From an uncultured Planctomycetales bacterium (GTDB lineage: Bacteria; Planctomycetota; Phycisphaerae; UBA1845; PWPN01), in the NCBI GenBank assembly GCA_964401335.1, contig CAYNYK010000002.1:67630-131629 (forward strand): a stretch of DNA of 64,000 bases, written 5' to 3'. The notes under the pieces were generated by a model. That model worked only from the letters and a program-made list of their open reading frames with translations. It ran no database searches and had not been told where the DNA came from. A program made the position numbers and the translations under genes. This document shows, piece by piece, positions 27,697 to 38,082 of this stretch (positions are counted from its first letter, which is position 1; each line of letters opens with the position of its first letter).

Positions 27697-27897
27697 ATGA
27701 CCCCATCAGATATCACGATTCAAATCAAATCGTTACGGACCCAACTGGACGTATTGGCCGCCAAGCTTAGTGGTCCTGATCCAACTGGCGACCATACTCT
27801 GCACGACCTGCAAGGGATTCTCAAAGACCAAGCACACACCTCGATCAAGGAAATCGAGGAAGTGATCTATCGCGGCCCCACAGGAAATGAGTCATAA
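27697..27897 (+). CDS. Small hypothetical protein, antitoxin-like
   Basis: 66 aa counted from the ATG at 27697: MTPSDITIQIKSLRTQLDVLAAKL...LHDLQGILKDQAHTSIKEIEEVIY. This resembles short helical antitoxin-type proteins. No toxin gene is adjacent. Confidence 0.45.
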   Translation: MTPSDITIQIKSLRTQLDVLAAKLSGPDPTGDHTLHDLQGILKDQAHTSIKEIEEVIYRGPTGNES

Positions 27898-27976
27898 TTT
27901 ATGTTCTTGATACACCTCTTTTGAATTCTCATATGTCTTAATTGGCTCATAACATAAAATCCGGGAGGCACTCAAC

Positions 27977-28915
27977 ATGCTCGAAATGATCAAACTGGGA
28001 CGCACGGATTTAACGGTCAGCCGTATCTGTTTCGGCTGCTGGCAGATGGCGAAAAACCGTTTCTGGCCTACGGTTGACGAGCAGAACCTCGACCGGGCCG
28101 TGCGGCAAGCGTTGGAGCTGGGCGTGAATTTCTTCGATACGGCCGACGCGTACGGCGACGGTTTCGCCGAGCGACTGCTGGGCCAGTTACTCAAGGGCGT
28201 GCCCCGTGACAAATACGTCGTGGCCACCAAGGTCTACAACCACTGGCTCGGCGAGCCGGGTTCGCCGCGGGTGGGCGATTTATCCTACGATTACGTCGTC
28301 TGGGAATGCGAGCAGTCGCTCAAGCGCCTGGGCACGGACTGCATCGACCTGTACCAGGCCCACTTTTACGATCACATGACCCACCCGGAGGAAACTACTC
28401 GGGCCTTCGAGAAGCTCAAGAAAGACGGCAAAATCCGCTTTTATGGAACCAGCAACTTCAACATTGAGCAATTGCGGACGGTCAACACCTTCGGCTCCTA
28501 CGACACCTTCCAACCTCGCTACAATCTGATGGACCGCAAGGCGGAGGACGAGTTGTTCCCCTACTGCCTGGCCAATAACATCGGCGTGCTGTGTTTCAGC
28601 TCGCTCTATTACGGCCTGCTGACCGGCAAGTTCAAGGGCGACGAGAAATTCGAGGACGTGCGGGCCGACACGCCGGACTTCCAGGGAGAGAAATTCAAAC
28701 AAAACGTGGCCAAGGTCAACCAATTACGGCCCATCGCCGAGCGTCTGGGCAAGACCATCGGACAACTGGCCATCCGCGTCTTGCTCGATCACCCGGCCGT
28801 CCATTGCGCCATCGTGGGCATCAAGAACGCCGAACAGATCACCCAGGCCACCGGCGCGCTGGGCTGGAAGCTCTCCCGCGAGGACTGGTACGAAATCCGC
28901 AAGCTAGTGTCTTGA
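27977..28915 (+). CDS. Aldo/keto reductase
   Basis: 312 aa: GRTDLTVSRICFGCWQM...FFDTADAYGDG...YQAHFYD..., the typical AKR fold signature. Confidence 0.92.
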   Translation: MLEMIKLGRTDLTVSRICFGCWQMAKNRFWPTVDEQNLDRAVRQALELGVNFFDTADAYGDGFAERLLGQLLKGVPRDKYVVATKVYNHWLGEPGSPRVGDLSYDYVVWECEQSLKRLGTDCIDLYQAHFYDHMTHPEETTRAFEKLKKDGKIRFYGTSNFNIEQLRTVNTFGSYDTFQPRYNLMDRKAEDELFPYCLANNIGVLCFSSLYYGLLTGKFKGDEKFEDVRADTPDFQGEKFKQNVAKVNQLRPIAERLGKTIGQLAIRVLLDHPAVHCAIVGIKNAEQITQATGALGWKLSREDWYEIRKLVS

Positions 28916-28951
28916 ACGATAAACCCAATAAGTGGTATTCGCCTGCAATCC

Positions 28952-29308
28952 TCAGGCGACCAGCGGGCCGAACGACGCCAAGGCGGCCTCGCACGTCGGA
29001 TAAAACTCCAATTGCCCGGTCAATCCGGCAAAACGGAATACCTGCCAAACCGTATCACTTGCTCCGCAAAGGGCCAGGCGTCCCTGGCGATAATCGAGCT
29101 TGTGTTTGAGTACCATGATAACCCCCAAGGCCGACGAGGAAAGAAAACGCACATCCGATAAATCGAGAATGATCCGGCGACAGTTCCGCCGGTCAACCAG
29201 TTCATAAAGTTGCTTGCCGATCGCATCCAGGCAAGAACCGGCATCCAGAGTTCCACCCTTCAATTCAGCCACCGTCACGCCATCCGACTCATACAGTCTG
29301 AAAAGCAT
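28952..29308 (-). CDS. STAS-domain anti-sigma-factor antagonist (SpoIIAA-like)
   Basis: 118 aa: ILDLSDVRFLSSSALGVIMVL...GRLALCGASDTVWQVFRFAGL. Confidence 0.8.
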   Translation of the reverse strand: MLFRLYESDGVTVAELKGGTLDAGSCLDAIGKQLYELVDRRNCRRIILDLSDVRFLSSSALGVIMVLKHKLDYRQGRLALCGASDTVWQVFRFAGLTGQLEFYPTCEAALASFGPLVA

Positions 29309-29520
29309 CGCCCAGTCTCCGTTTGTTCAAGCGGCGAAAACCGGCTTGAATTGGTCGCGTCCGCCCTGACCCTTTCAGCCTTTTCATTTTTCCCAGCGCC
29401 GTACCGAAGTGACCCCTGCGATCCGTACCCGTGAATCAGACACAAATGGTCATCAGACGTTGGGAGATATCGGCATATTTCATGCGCTTCACGAATAGCC
29501 TGCTTTCGCACAACGCATTT

Positions 29521-30663
29521 TCACATATTCTCGGACGCGGCACTCGCAGGTTCGACCTGAATCGGAAAAACCGACCGATAATCCGGCCGGTGGGCGATTT
29601 TTGTTTCGACTTTGATCCACCAGGAATAACGCGGATAACCCTTCTCCCTCGGCGACGAACTGGCCGGCTGATCGAGGGGGATAACCAGTTCGCCGTTAAC
29701 CGTGAGCTTCTCACCGGCACGTATCTGGGGATTTTCCAAAAGAGCGATACGCTGTTGATAATGCGTGTGCGTGTCGTAATGCGTAGTATTCCCGCTTTTC
29801 CGTCTGGTCATGGTCTCACAAAGCAAAGTCACTTCCACTTGCCGGATATCCAGAGGCGTAAAGATGTCCTGTTCGACATAAACAGCCAGGCGGTCGCCCA
29901 GAACAAACATCGGGCCGTTGACGAAAACCTCGGCATCGCCAAGCTGACGAACCAGAAGGTGCCAATAAATAAACAAACTTAGGGGCACCAACCCAACCAG
30001 CACATAGATCAACGAGGCGATCGTCGCAAACTTGCCGTAAGGCGGCTCGGCCATGCGAAAGTAATGACCAATGGCCAACACCCCCACGACGGCCCATAAA
30101 CCGATCAGCAACATAGCCGCCCGACGGCAGCCGGCAATACGGCCAATCGGCGGCACAAGATACCACCCTCCCTCCGCCGGAGACGGCGGCCGGGCTTTGG
30201 CCAGCCAGCCTTTGCTTTGCGTATAAATAACGAAGGCGGCCACCCAGAAAAACATCGGAAACAGAATAAACACGTAAGGAAAGAAAGTGTATTCGCGAAC
30301 CAGAAACGCTTCCGCCGGATTTTGCGGATTGTAATAGGCTTCGTAGCTGTCCCCGATCTCGAAACGGGCATTCAACCGACTGGCCCAGGCGTACCCGCCG
30401 CTCTCGTTCAGGGGCGTCACTTGACCACAGGTATAAGACGTTTCGCCGACTTTATAGTGATATTGAATAACCGGCGAATAGGTCGGGCCGCCGTCACTGC
30501 TGGAAGGGTGCGTTTTGATCTCTTTGGACAATACCGTCACCTGGACCGGCCGATACGTGCTGATCATCCGATGCTGATGCCAAGCTATGCCGACACCAAT
30601 GCCCATGAATATTAGTGGAAACAGGGTAAAACCGAGCAGAAACAAACGCAGAAACGTCTTCAT
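29521..30663 (-). CDS. DUF3592-domain membrane protein
   Basis: An N-terminal TM helix, then VTVLSKEIKTHPSSSDGGPTYSPVIQYHYKVGETSYTCGQV (the DUF3592 pattern), followed by further TM helices and a C-terminal beta-rich domain. Confidence 0.75.
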   Translation of the reverse strand: MKTFLRLFLLGFTLFPLIFMGIGVGIAWHQHRMISTYRPVQVTVLSKEIKTHPSSSDGGPTYSPVIQYHYKVGETSYTCGQVTPLNESGGYAWASRLNARFEIGDSYEAYYNPQNPAEAFLVREYTFFPYVFILFPMFFWVAAFVIYTQSKGWLAKARPPSPAEGGWYLVPPIGRIAGCRRAAMLLIGLWAVVGVLAIGHYFRMAEPPYGKFATIASLIYVLVGLVPLSLFIYWHLLVRQLGDAEVFVNGPMFVLGDRLAVYVEQDIFTPLDIRQVEVTLLCETMTRRKSGNTTHYDTHTHYQQRIALLENPQIRAGEKLTVNGELVIPLDQPASSSPREKGYPRYSWWIKVETKIAHRPDYRSVFPIQVEPASAASENM

Positions 30664-30716
30664 ACCGTATTCCTTCCGAAATGATCACAAACGACGACCG
30701 GATGCGCAACCGGCAA

Positions 30717-32543
30717 TCAGACAAAAATCACCGTTACCGCCGTCCAGCAGACCGCCGCCAAAGCTGCCGCGGCCGTCGCCTGGGGAAGCTGCGTCTTGAC
30801 GTGGTCCATCAGGTCGCAGCCGGTACACATCGCGCTGAGCACGGTCGTATCCGAGATCGGCGAGCATTGGTCGCCGTAAACGCTGCCGTTCAGGACGGCC
30901 GCGAAGCATATCGCCATGAACAGTTGCGGGTGGTCCAACCCCTGCCCACAGGCCACCGCCCAGGCCAGCGGCATGGCCAGCGGAAAAGCCACCGCGAACG
31001 TGCCCCAACTCGTACCCGTCGAAAAGGCGATAATCATGGTCATGGCCTGCATCATTACCGGCAACATCCAGTACGGAACCCGCGCACCCAGCAACTCGAC
31101 CAGAAAAATACCCGCGCCGGTCTGCTCGCTGATGCGGCCGATGGTTATAGCCAACAACAGCACCACCGAGCCGAGCACCACGCCTTTTAATCCATCAGCA
31201 AAACCTTCCATAAGCTGCCGAAGGTTCATCCCCCTCAGCAAGGCCAGAACGATCGCCGACAACAACGCCGCCCCAAACGCCCAGTGTACTTCCGGCGAGC
31301 CGGTCTGGATAAACGTACCCACCGCGATGCCGATCAGGATCGCCAAAGGCATGAAAAAATCGACAACGTGCGGGCGATAGTCCGGCGGAACATGGCTGGT
31401 TTGTAACTCCTTGGCGCTGAGCGGCTCGGCATCGGGAGCATCGAGCTGGCCGGTCTCGCGTGCCCGCGCGATCGCCGCCCGCATTTTGCCGCCCAGAAAC
31501 GGGGCCTTCTCGATGCTCAACAGAAACGTGGCGGCTACCGCGAACCAGGCATAGAAAAACAGAGGGACACTTTTGAAGAAGAAAACCACCCGATCCGCCT
31601 CGGTCGCCAGCCAAGGTACACCGGCCACGAAGATCAAGGCCTGCACATAGCCCGGCCAGGCGTTGAAGGCCAGCAGCAAGGCGATGGGTGAGGCGGTCGA
31701 ATCCACAACATAGGACAATTCCTCGTGACTGACGCCCTCCCGGTCGGCCAGTGGTTTGACCGTCGTACCCACCAGCACCGTACTGACCGTCCCGCCTTGA
31801 AAAAAGACTACCCCAAGCAGCCAGGCGACCAGCTTGGCCGAGCGCGGCCCGCGAACCATCCACCGGGTCATCAGATCGGCAAACGCCTGGGCCGCTCCCG
31901 TTCGTGACCAGACCCCCATCAATCCGCCCAATAACCATAAATACAGAATAAGCACCTGGGCCGCCTCCTGACTCATCAGGCCGCGAACCAGCACTTGGCC
32001 GGTAATATCGTAGCGGCTCAGCAGCAACGCCCCGGTCACGATGCCTCCGAACAAGGCGGCCAGCGGCTCGCGCGTCATCCAGCATAAAAGCACCGCCGTC
32101 ACCGCCGGCAGCAACGACCAGAAACGCCAATGCGGATTGGCCCGAAGCAGAAAATACCGTCGACCTGTTCCATCCGCATCCGCCACATCCTGATAGACAT
32201 ATTCTTCCATTGACTCGGGAGATTGGCCATTGCGGTTCAGAGTCTGCAACCGTTCAGGACCAAGACCGGACTCGGCAAAGGAAACCAACCCGTGCAGATA
32301 CACGTGCTGCTCACGATGCACATAATACAACCCCCCTCGTCCGTCCTCGTGAACATCAAGGGCTATTTGTTCCACGGTCCAGGTGGGAGGGACATATCGG
32401 CCAACCCCGTAACCCGCGAGCAAGGCCAGCATGAAAACCCAAAAAGACGGCGTCCGAGCCATGCGCACAACGGAAGCAGCCAGATGCCGTGACTTACTTA
32501 CAGGGTCTCGGTTGTTCACCGGCTCGCCTCCGGAAAACGCCAT
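30717..32543 (-). CDS. Na+/H+ antiporter NhaC-family transporter with an N-terminal extension
   Basis: AFSTGTSWGTFAVAFPLAMP and GDQCSPISDTTVLSA are blocks typical of the NhaC family. There are about 150 extra N-terminal residues. Confidence 0.85.
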   Translation of the reverse strand: MAFSGGEPVNNRDPVSKSRHLAASVVRMARTPSFWVFMLALLAGYGVGRYVPPTWTVEQIALDVHEDGRGGLYYVHREQHVYLHGLVSFAESGLGPERLQTLNRNGQSPESMEEYVYQDVADADGTGRRYFLLRANPHWRFWSLLPAVTAVLLCWMTREPLAALFGGIVTGALLLSRYDITGQVLVRGLMSQEAAQVLILYLWLLGGLMGVWSRTGAAQAFADLMTRWMVRGPRSAKLVAWLLGVVFFQGGTVSTVLVGTTVKPLADREGVSHEELSYVVDSTASPIALLLAFNAWPGYVQALIFVAGVPWLATEADRVVFFFKSVPLFFYAWFAVAATFLLSIEKAPFLGGKMRAAIARARETGQLDAPDAEPLSAKELQTSHVPPDYRPHVVDFFMPLAILIGIAVGTFIQTGSPEVHWAFGAALLSAIVLALLRGMNLRQLMEGFADGLKGVVLGSVVLLLAITIGRISEQTGAGIFLVELLGARVPYWMLPVMMQAMTMIIAFSTGTSWGTFAVAFPLAMPLAWAVACGQGLDHPQLFMAICFAAVLNGSVYGDQCSPISDTTVLSAMCTGCDLMDHVKTQLPQATAAAALAAVCWTAVTVIFV

Positions 32544-32718
32544 GTTCGATCAAAACCGAATAATAACCGAACCCAAAGCATTGTCGGCGAAGCGGTATCC
32601 GTCGGCAACCGCACGGCGATAACCAAAATTCCTCAGGTATAGCGTAAACGACCGCGCCCCTGTAAAATCCTTGCTTTCAGATACAAGCAGTGTTTCTTGC
32701 CGACCAAGGAGAATTTTT

Positions 32719-34323
32719 GTGACCACGCATGTCGTTCGTTCACAACGTTGGACATGGCTGCTTACCTTCGCCCTGTTTGGTTTTACCCTGCCGGCGACCG
32801 CCATCAAGCTGCCCGCCGTCATCGGCGACAACATGGTTTTACAACGGGAAATGGATGTGCCTCTATGGGGCTGGGCCGAAGCCGGAGAGAAGATCAAGGT
32901 CAAGGGCAATTGGAACGAGCAATGGGTCGAATGCCAGGCCAATTCCGTCGGTCGATGGATAGTCCGTTTGCCGACGCCTCCGGCAGGCGGCCCGTTTGAG
33001 ATTACCATTCAAGGCCGGGAGACCATCACGCTCAAGAATGTGTTAAGCGGCGAAGTTTGGGTTTGTTCCGGCCAATCGAATATGAACATGTCGCTGAAGC
33101 CGACCGTTCCCTGGCACAAAGGATGCCTCAACTACAAGAAAGAGATCGCCAAGGCCCAGTATCCCAACATGCGTCTGTTTACCGTCGAACTGCGTTCAGC
33201 CGGCGAACCCCTTTCGGACTGCCGGGGAAATTGGCAGCCTTGTTCGCCGGAAACCGTCGCCGAGTTCTCCGCCGTCGCTTATTTTTTCGGTCGCCGGTTG
33301 CAAAAGGATCTGGATGTTCCCGTCGGCCTGATTCACTCCTCCTGGGGCGGTACCGCGGTTGAACCTTGGACACCGATGGAAGCCTTGCAGGCCGAGCCGA
33401 TATGCAGGGAAATGCTCGAACAGTACCAGGAGTCGGTTAAAAAATTCCCCCAGGCCATGCAGGAATATCGCCAACAGTTGACGCGCTGGGTGGATCAGGC
33501 GGTCGAGGCCCGCGATCAGGGAAGGGTGGCTCCACCTCCCCCCACCGCGCCGACCGGACCGGGTTTTCGGGACAGCCCCGCCGCCTTGTACAACGCCATG
33601 ATCGCCCCGCTGGTACCCTTTGGTATCCGCGGAGTCATTTGGTATCAGGGAGAATCCAATGCGGGCAACGCGGCCGCCTACCGCGTACTGTTCCCCGCCA
33701 TGATCCGCGGCTGGCGGACGGCCTGGAAACAAGGTGACTTTCCCTTCTATTTCGTACAATTGGCCAATTACGACGTGACCCCCTTCCCGCATCTGACCCC
33801 GGAAAAATGGGCGGAGTTACGGGAAGCGCAACTCATGACCCTCGCCCTACCGAACACCGGTATGGCGGTCAGCGCAGACATTGGCGACAAACACGACATT
33901 CATCCCCGCAACAAACAGGAGGTAGGACGGCGGTTGGCTTTGTGGGCCTTGGCCAGGACGTATGGCAAAGAGTTGACCTATTCCGGCCCCTTATACAAAT
34001 CCATGCGGATCGATCAGAATAGGATTATCCTTGAGTTCGATCATATCGATGGCGGGCTGGTTATCAACGGCGGTCCTTCGCTCAAGAGTTTCAGTGTCGC
34101 CGGGGCCGATCAGAAATTCGTCCCCGCCCAGGCTTCGGTCGTGGGCGAAACCGTGGTGGTACACGCCGAGGCGGTACCCGCACCGGTCGCGGTGCGTTAT
34201 GCCTGGTGGGATGATCCGGATTGCATTCTCTACAACCAGGAACGCCTGCCCGCGTCGCCCTTTCGAACGGATGATTGGGTCGATGTGCGCATGAAACCGG
34301 ATACCGAGAAGCAACCTGATTAA
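32719..34323 (+). CDS. Sialate O-acetylesterase-family (SGNH/SASA) carbohydrate esterase
   Basis: GEVWVCSGQSNM catalytic block, IHSSWGGTAVEPW and GVIWYQGESN. GTG at 32719 with an AAGGAG RBS is preferred over the track start at 32671. Confidence 0.85.
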   Translation: MTTHVVRSQRWTWLLTFALFGFTLPATAIKLPAVIGDNMVLQREMDVPLWGWAEAGEKIKVKGNWNEQWVECQANSVGRWIVRLPTPPAGGPFEITIQGRETITLKNVLSGEVWVCSGQSNMNMSLKPTVPWHKGCLNYKKEIAKAQYPNMRLFTVELRSAGEPLSDCRGNWQPCSPETVAEFSAVAYFFGRRLQKDLDVPVGLIHSSWGGTAVEPWTPMEALQAEPICREMLEQYQESVKKFPQAMQEYRQQLTRWVDQAVEARDQGRVAPPPPTAPTGPGFRDSPAALYNAMIAPLVPFGIRGVIWYQGESNAGNAAAYRVLFPAMIRGWRTAWKQGDFPFYFVQLANYDVTPFPHLTPEKWAELREAQLMTLALPNTGMAVSADIGDKHDIHPRNKQEVGRRLALWALARTYGKELTYSGPLYKSMRIDQNRIILEFDHIDGGLVINGGPSLKSFSVAGADQKFVPAQASVVGETVVVHAEAVPAPVAVRYAWWDDPDCILYNQERLPASPFRTDDWVDVRMKPDTEKQPD

Positions 34324-34718
34324 AGCAGCTCGGTGGGCAAAATGTCATTACTTGAGGGCGAACTTACTCGCCGTGGCACGGGCGCGCGGCTCGGTGGGGT
34401 TTTCGAGGGCGGAAGGGTCACTTTACCCGACGCGTCTTCGCCGGTCATTGAATGTTCAAATGCCCTCTGCACATGCATCAACCAGTCGGCCATCACGGCG
34501 ACGTTGATCTGATAACGTAGATAACGCCCCTCGCGATGGATGCTTACCAGATCAGCGGATTTGAGCTCCTTCAAGTGAAACGAAACCGCATTAGGGGCCA
34601 GCCCCACCAACCGACCCAATTCTCCGGCAACCATCGGTTCCCGACAGAGCGCGGACAATATCCGCCGCCGACTTTCGTCGGCCAATGCCTTGAACACTCT
34701 GTCCAGTTGATCGACCAT
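34320..34718 (-). CDS. ArsR/SmtB-family transcriptional regulator
   Basis: FKALADESRRRILSALCREPMVAGELGRLVGLAPNAVSFHLKELKSADLV winged helix-turn-helix. Confidence 0.85.
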   Translation of the reverse strand: MVDQLDRVFKALADESRRRILSALCREPMVAGELGRLVGLAPNAVSFHLKELKSADLVSIHREGRYLRYQINVAVMADWLMHVQRAFEHSMTGEDASGKVTLPPSKTPPSRAPVPRRVSSPSSNDILPTELL

Positions 34719-34813
34719 ATCAACAATTCAACTAATATTGGCTGGTAGCACAGATTTGTCAACCTTGAAAAAGTGATTTTTGGTAGAAACTGATAGGAAA
34801 TCTGAACGGTTTG

Positions 34814-36496
34814 TTAATAGCGACCCAAGGCCTCTTGGGCACGTCGGGCGTGAGGACTGTCTGGGGCCATTTCGCACAGGCGATGCCACATGGCCTTGGC
34901 CCGGTCGATCAGACCCATGTTTTCCAGGGCGATGGCCAGGTTTTCACGGTAATCCAGATTGTTAGGTTGGGCATTGACCGCTCGGTCGAAATGCTCGACG
35001 GCCAACTCGAACTGCCGCCGGTTGGCGAACATCAAACCGACTCGGTAATGCAGATCGACGTATTCGGGATGCAGGTCCAGGGCCTGTTTGAGCCGCTCAA
35101 TGGCTTCGTCGGTTCGGCCCACCTCGTATAAAGCCAGCCCCAGCTTGACCAAGGCCTTGGTATAGACGGGGTTGATCGCCACGGCCAGGGCAAACTGCTC
35201 GATGGCCTCATCCGCTTGCCCGCGCTGCCGTAACAACAAACCGTAACGGTAATGCACGTCCGGATGGTTCGGACGCTCGGCCGCCAACTGACGATGCCGC
35301 TCAATCTGCTTGTCGATCAGGTCTTCAAAGCCCAATTCCGGCGGCGGCGCCACATCGGCCGGTCCGACGTTCAAGTACTGCTCCGCTTCCTGCTGGACGG
35401 CGCATTTCAAATGCAAGCGGGCCACCTCTGAATAGAGTAAGGTACTGTTCGGTTCGACGGTGGCGGCCAGATCAAACGTGGAGATTGCCTCGATTTCCCG
35501 GCCGGCGGCGTGCTGGGAAACGCCCAATCCAACGTAGGCGGCCAGCAGCCGATCATTGATTTCGATCGCCCGGGTAAACCACTGGGCGGCGTCCAGGTTG
35601 CGGCCGCAACGCAAATGCTGTGTACCGGCCTTCACCGTCGCCTCCAGAAAACCAGGGTGAACCTCCACCGCCTTGAGATAAGCCTGCATCGCGGCCTCAT
35701 CGTTGCCGATCCGGGCGTACAAATCACCCAGCCGCAGATACGTATCCGGATACTCCGGGCGTTTATCGATCATCAGGTGCAGTTGCTCGATGGCCTCGCG
35801 AATCAGGCCCGCCTCCTCCATCGTCGTCGCCAGGTCGTCATGCGTGTCCCAGTTGTCCGGCTCGATGGTCAAGGCGTTCTCGAACGATTTGATGGCCGCC
35901 TCCACGTCGCCCTTGCGTAAATAAAGACCGGCGACCGTCAAGTGCAGATCCACGTCCGCCGGGTCCGCGACCAGGAGTTCCTCGTATTGCTCGACGGCCT
36001 GATCGATCCGATCCTGACGCAGGTAAATTGCCGACAGCCGCTCCCGCGCGTTGCGTAAAGTGGGCGAAACGTTCAAGGCCCGAAGATATTCCTCGACGGC
36101 GTTTTCCAGCCGGCCTTGCCGTTCGTGACAGAAGGCCAACGCAAAACGCACGGCCGCATCATTCGGCTCCAGGCGCAACGCCACGGTTAGTTGTTCGATG
36201 GCCTCATCAAGGCGGCCCATATCCTCAAGGCAACAGGCGGCGGCAATCCGGGCCAAAACGTGGTTTTCATCCAGTCGAAGGGCTTTCTCGAAAGCCATCA
36301 ATGCTCCCGCCATCCACCCCTCCCGCAACTGGATAAACCCCGCCTGCAATACGGCTTCCAGATCCTGCGCGTCGGCCATGAGTGATGGCAGGGAGGCCTT
36401 GTCCGCCGCTTCCGTCACGGCTCGCCAACGATCGGCGAAGGTATCCGCCAGCCGGCCCATCATTCCGCGCCCGAGTATTTCCAGAAGATACGACAT
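34814..36496 (-). CDS. Tetratricopeptide-repeat protein
   Basis: 560 aa of repeated 34-aa TPR units (A..YLRLGDLYARIGNDEAAMQAYLKAVEVHP and similar). Confidence 0.85.
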   Translation of the reverse strand: MSYLLEILGRGMMGRLADTFADRWRAVTEAADKASLPSLMADAQDLEAVLQAGFIQLREGWMAGALMAFEKALRLDENHVLARIAAACCLEDMGRLDEAIEQLTVALRLEPNDAAVRFALAFCHERQGRLENAVEEYLRALNVSPTLRNARERLSAIYLRQDRIDQAVEQYEELLVADPADVDLHLTVAGLYLRKGDVEAAIKSFENALTIEPDNWDTHDDLATTMEEAGLIREAIEQLHLMIDKRPEYPDTYLRLGDLYARIGNDEAAMQAYLKAVEVHPGFLEATVKAGTQHLRCGRNLDAAQWFTRAIEINDRLLAAYVGLGVSQHAAGREIEAISTFDLAATVEPNSTLLYSEVARLHLKCAVQQEAEQYLNVGPADVAPPPELGFEDLIDKQIERHRQLAAERPNHPDVHYRYGLLLRQRGQADEAIEQFALAVAINPVYTKALVKLGLALYEVGRTDEAIERLKQALDLHPEYVDLHYRVGLMFANRRQFELAVEHFDRAVNAQPNNLDYRENLAIALENMGLIDRAKAMWHRLCEMAPDSPHARRAQEALGRY

Positions 36497-36506
36497 TCGT
36501 TTCCCC

Positions 36507-37760
36507 TCAGGCCTCTACCGCCGCCAACGCGGCCCGCGCGGCCGGATAATCCTTTTTTAACACCAGGGCCCGACGATAAGCTTCCCGGGCCCGATCCGTC
36601 TGACCGGCCTTCTGGCATAATTGGCCCATCAAATAATGCACATCGGGGTAATCCGCCCCGGCCGCGATAGCTTGCTCGAGTCGCGACATGCCGGCCGCAT
36701 ACTGGTCGGCCTGCCCGTAAAGCCGGGCCAGCAGAATCAACGCGTTGACGTAGCGCGGATTCAGGTCCACGGCTTGCTGCGTATGCATCAGCGCTTCGAC
36801 CCCGCGCCCCAGCCGTCGATATACTTCTCCACAGTGGTAATGCAGATCGGCATATTCCGGATATCGAGACAGCGCCTTTTCCAGCGTGGCCGCCAGCAGG
36901 GAGAATACTTCCTCATCCATCTCCGTGGACGGTAACGACAGGAAAGACTCCACGAAATCAGGCTCGGCGACAAGGGCCTCGGCCAGCCGATCCAGGCTGC
37001 GTTCATCGGTTCTCCGCGCCGCGGCTGGACGCGAAACCGGCCACGTGATCTCGGATACACCGCTCGTGCCGGCCATGCTTCGAGACAGGAGATGCAACTG
37101 CAAGGCAATGCGCGCATTGAGCGGATCATGCTCATGGGCCTTCTTAAGATAATGCCACGCCCGTTCGTAACGACCTTGGACCGCATAACACTGAGCCAGG
37201 CGTTCGAGTGCCGGTCCATGTGTTGAATCGATGATCAAAGTCTTCTCAAACAACCGCTCCGCTTCGGCAAGTTCGTCATCGGCGGCGAGCATGACGCCGA
37301 GCTGGTAGTTTAATTCCGGATGTTCCGGGCAACGGGCCAGTCCTTCACGCAAAGTCGCCAAGGCCTCCGTCGGATTGCCTTGCTTCCACAAGGTAAGGGC
37401 CAACCGAATGCGTACCTCGGCATCATCCGGACTTCGCCGGCAAAGCTCGTTCAGTTCCCGCCCGGCCAGATCATACCGGCCCGTCCCCATATAACAGGCC
37501 GCCAGAAAACCCGCCAATCCCCCGCTAGTCGGATTGATCCGTGCCGCGGCCTGGAAATGTTCCATAGCCTGTTCAAACCGCCGTTGCCGAAACAGCTCGA
37601 TACCGCGGAAATAATGTGCCTGCCCAAGATAAAACCGGCTCAATAACCGGCGGGCCCCCAAGGCGCGGTCGGCCGGCGGGGTCAGATGCTCGATGGCCTC
37701 GGCATAACGGCCGGCATTAAAGGCCGACATCCCTTGCCGATAATGTTCCCGATTTCCCAT
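36507..37760 (-). CDS. Tetratricopeptide-repeat protein
   Basis: TPR units throughout. I prefer the ATG at 37760 (GAGGA RBS, MGNREHYRQG...) over the start at 37871. Confidence 0.85.
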   Translation of the reverse strand: MGNREHYRQGMSAFNAGRYAEAIEHLTPPADRALGARRLLSRFYLGQAHYFRGIELFRQRRFEQAMEHFQAAARINPTSGGLAGFLAACYMGTGRYDLAGRELNELCRRSPDDAEVRIRLALTLWKQGNPTEALATLREGLARCPEHPELNYQLGVMLAADDELAEAERLFEKTLIIDSTHGPALERLAQCYAVQGRYERAWHYLKKAHEHDPLNARIALQLHLLSRSMAGTSGVSEITWPVSRPAAARRTDERSLDRLAEALVAEPDFVESFLSLPSTEMDEEVFSLLAATLEKALSRYPEYADLHYHCGEVYRRLGRGVEALMHTQQAVDLNPRYVNALILLARLYGQADQYAAGMSRLEQAIAAGADYPDVHYLMGQLCQKAGQTDRAREAYRRALVLKKDYPAARAALAAVEA

Positions 37761-38082
37761 GCCATCCTCGCGTTTTTCGGTTAAACTGGGTCGTGCGCTA
37801 CGTCGGCCGTTCACCCGTCGTGACGCACGACGAAACGGTGCAGGCCCCAACGCTTGTATCGGTTTTTCCAATGGGCCTGTTAAGACTATGCCCGGAAACC
37901 CAATAGCGTCGCATCCGTCCGTGCGGCCGCGGAGGCCTCAGGACATCGGTGTAGATGCTGTTGCACGACAGGCGCAGGCCATTTCGTATCGGCAAACACC
38001 CTGTTATCGGACACAATGGCAAGGGTGTCATGTCGCCTGCGTAATGCCCGCGTAGCTCATTTATCGTTATCACGGAGCCACG

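Noticed and set aside
34320-34323. Convergent esterase and ArsR genes sharing overlapping stop codons (TTAA)
   Set aside because: The overlap is real, but such compaction of convergent genes is a trivial consequence of dense packing. No functional implication is inferred.
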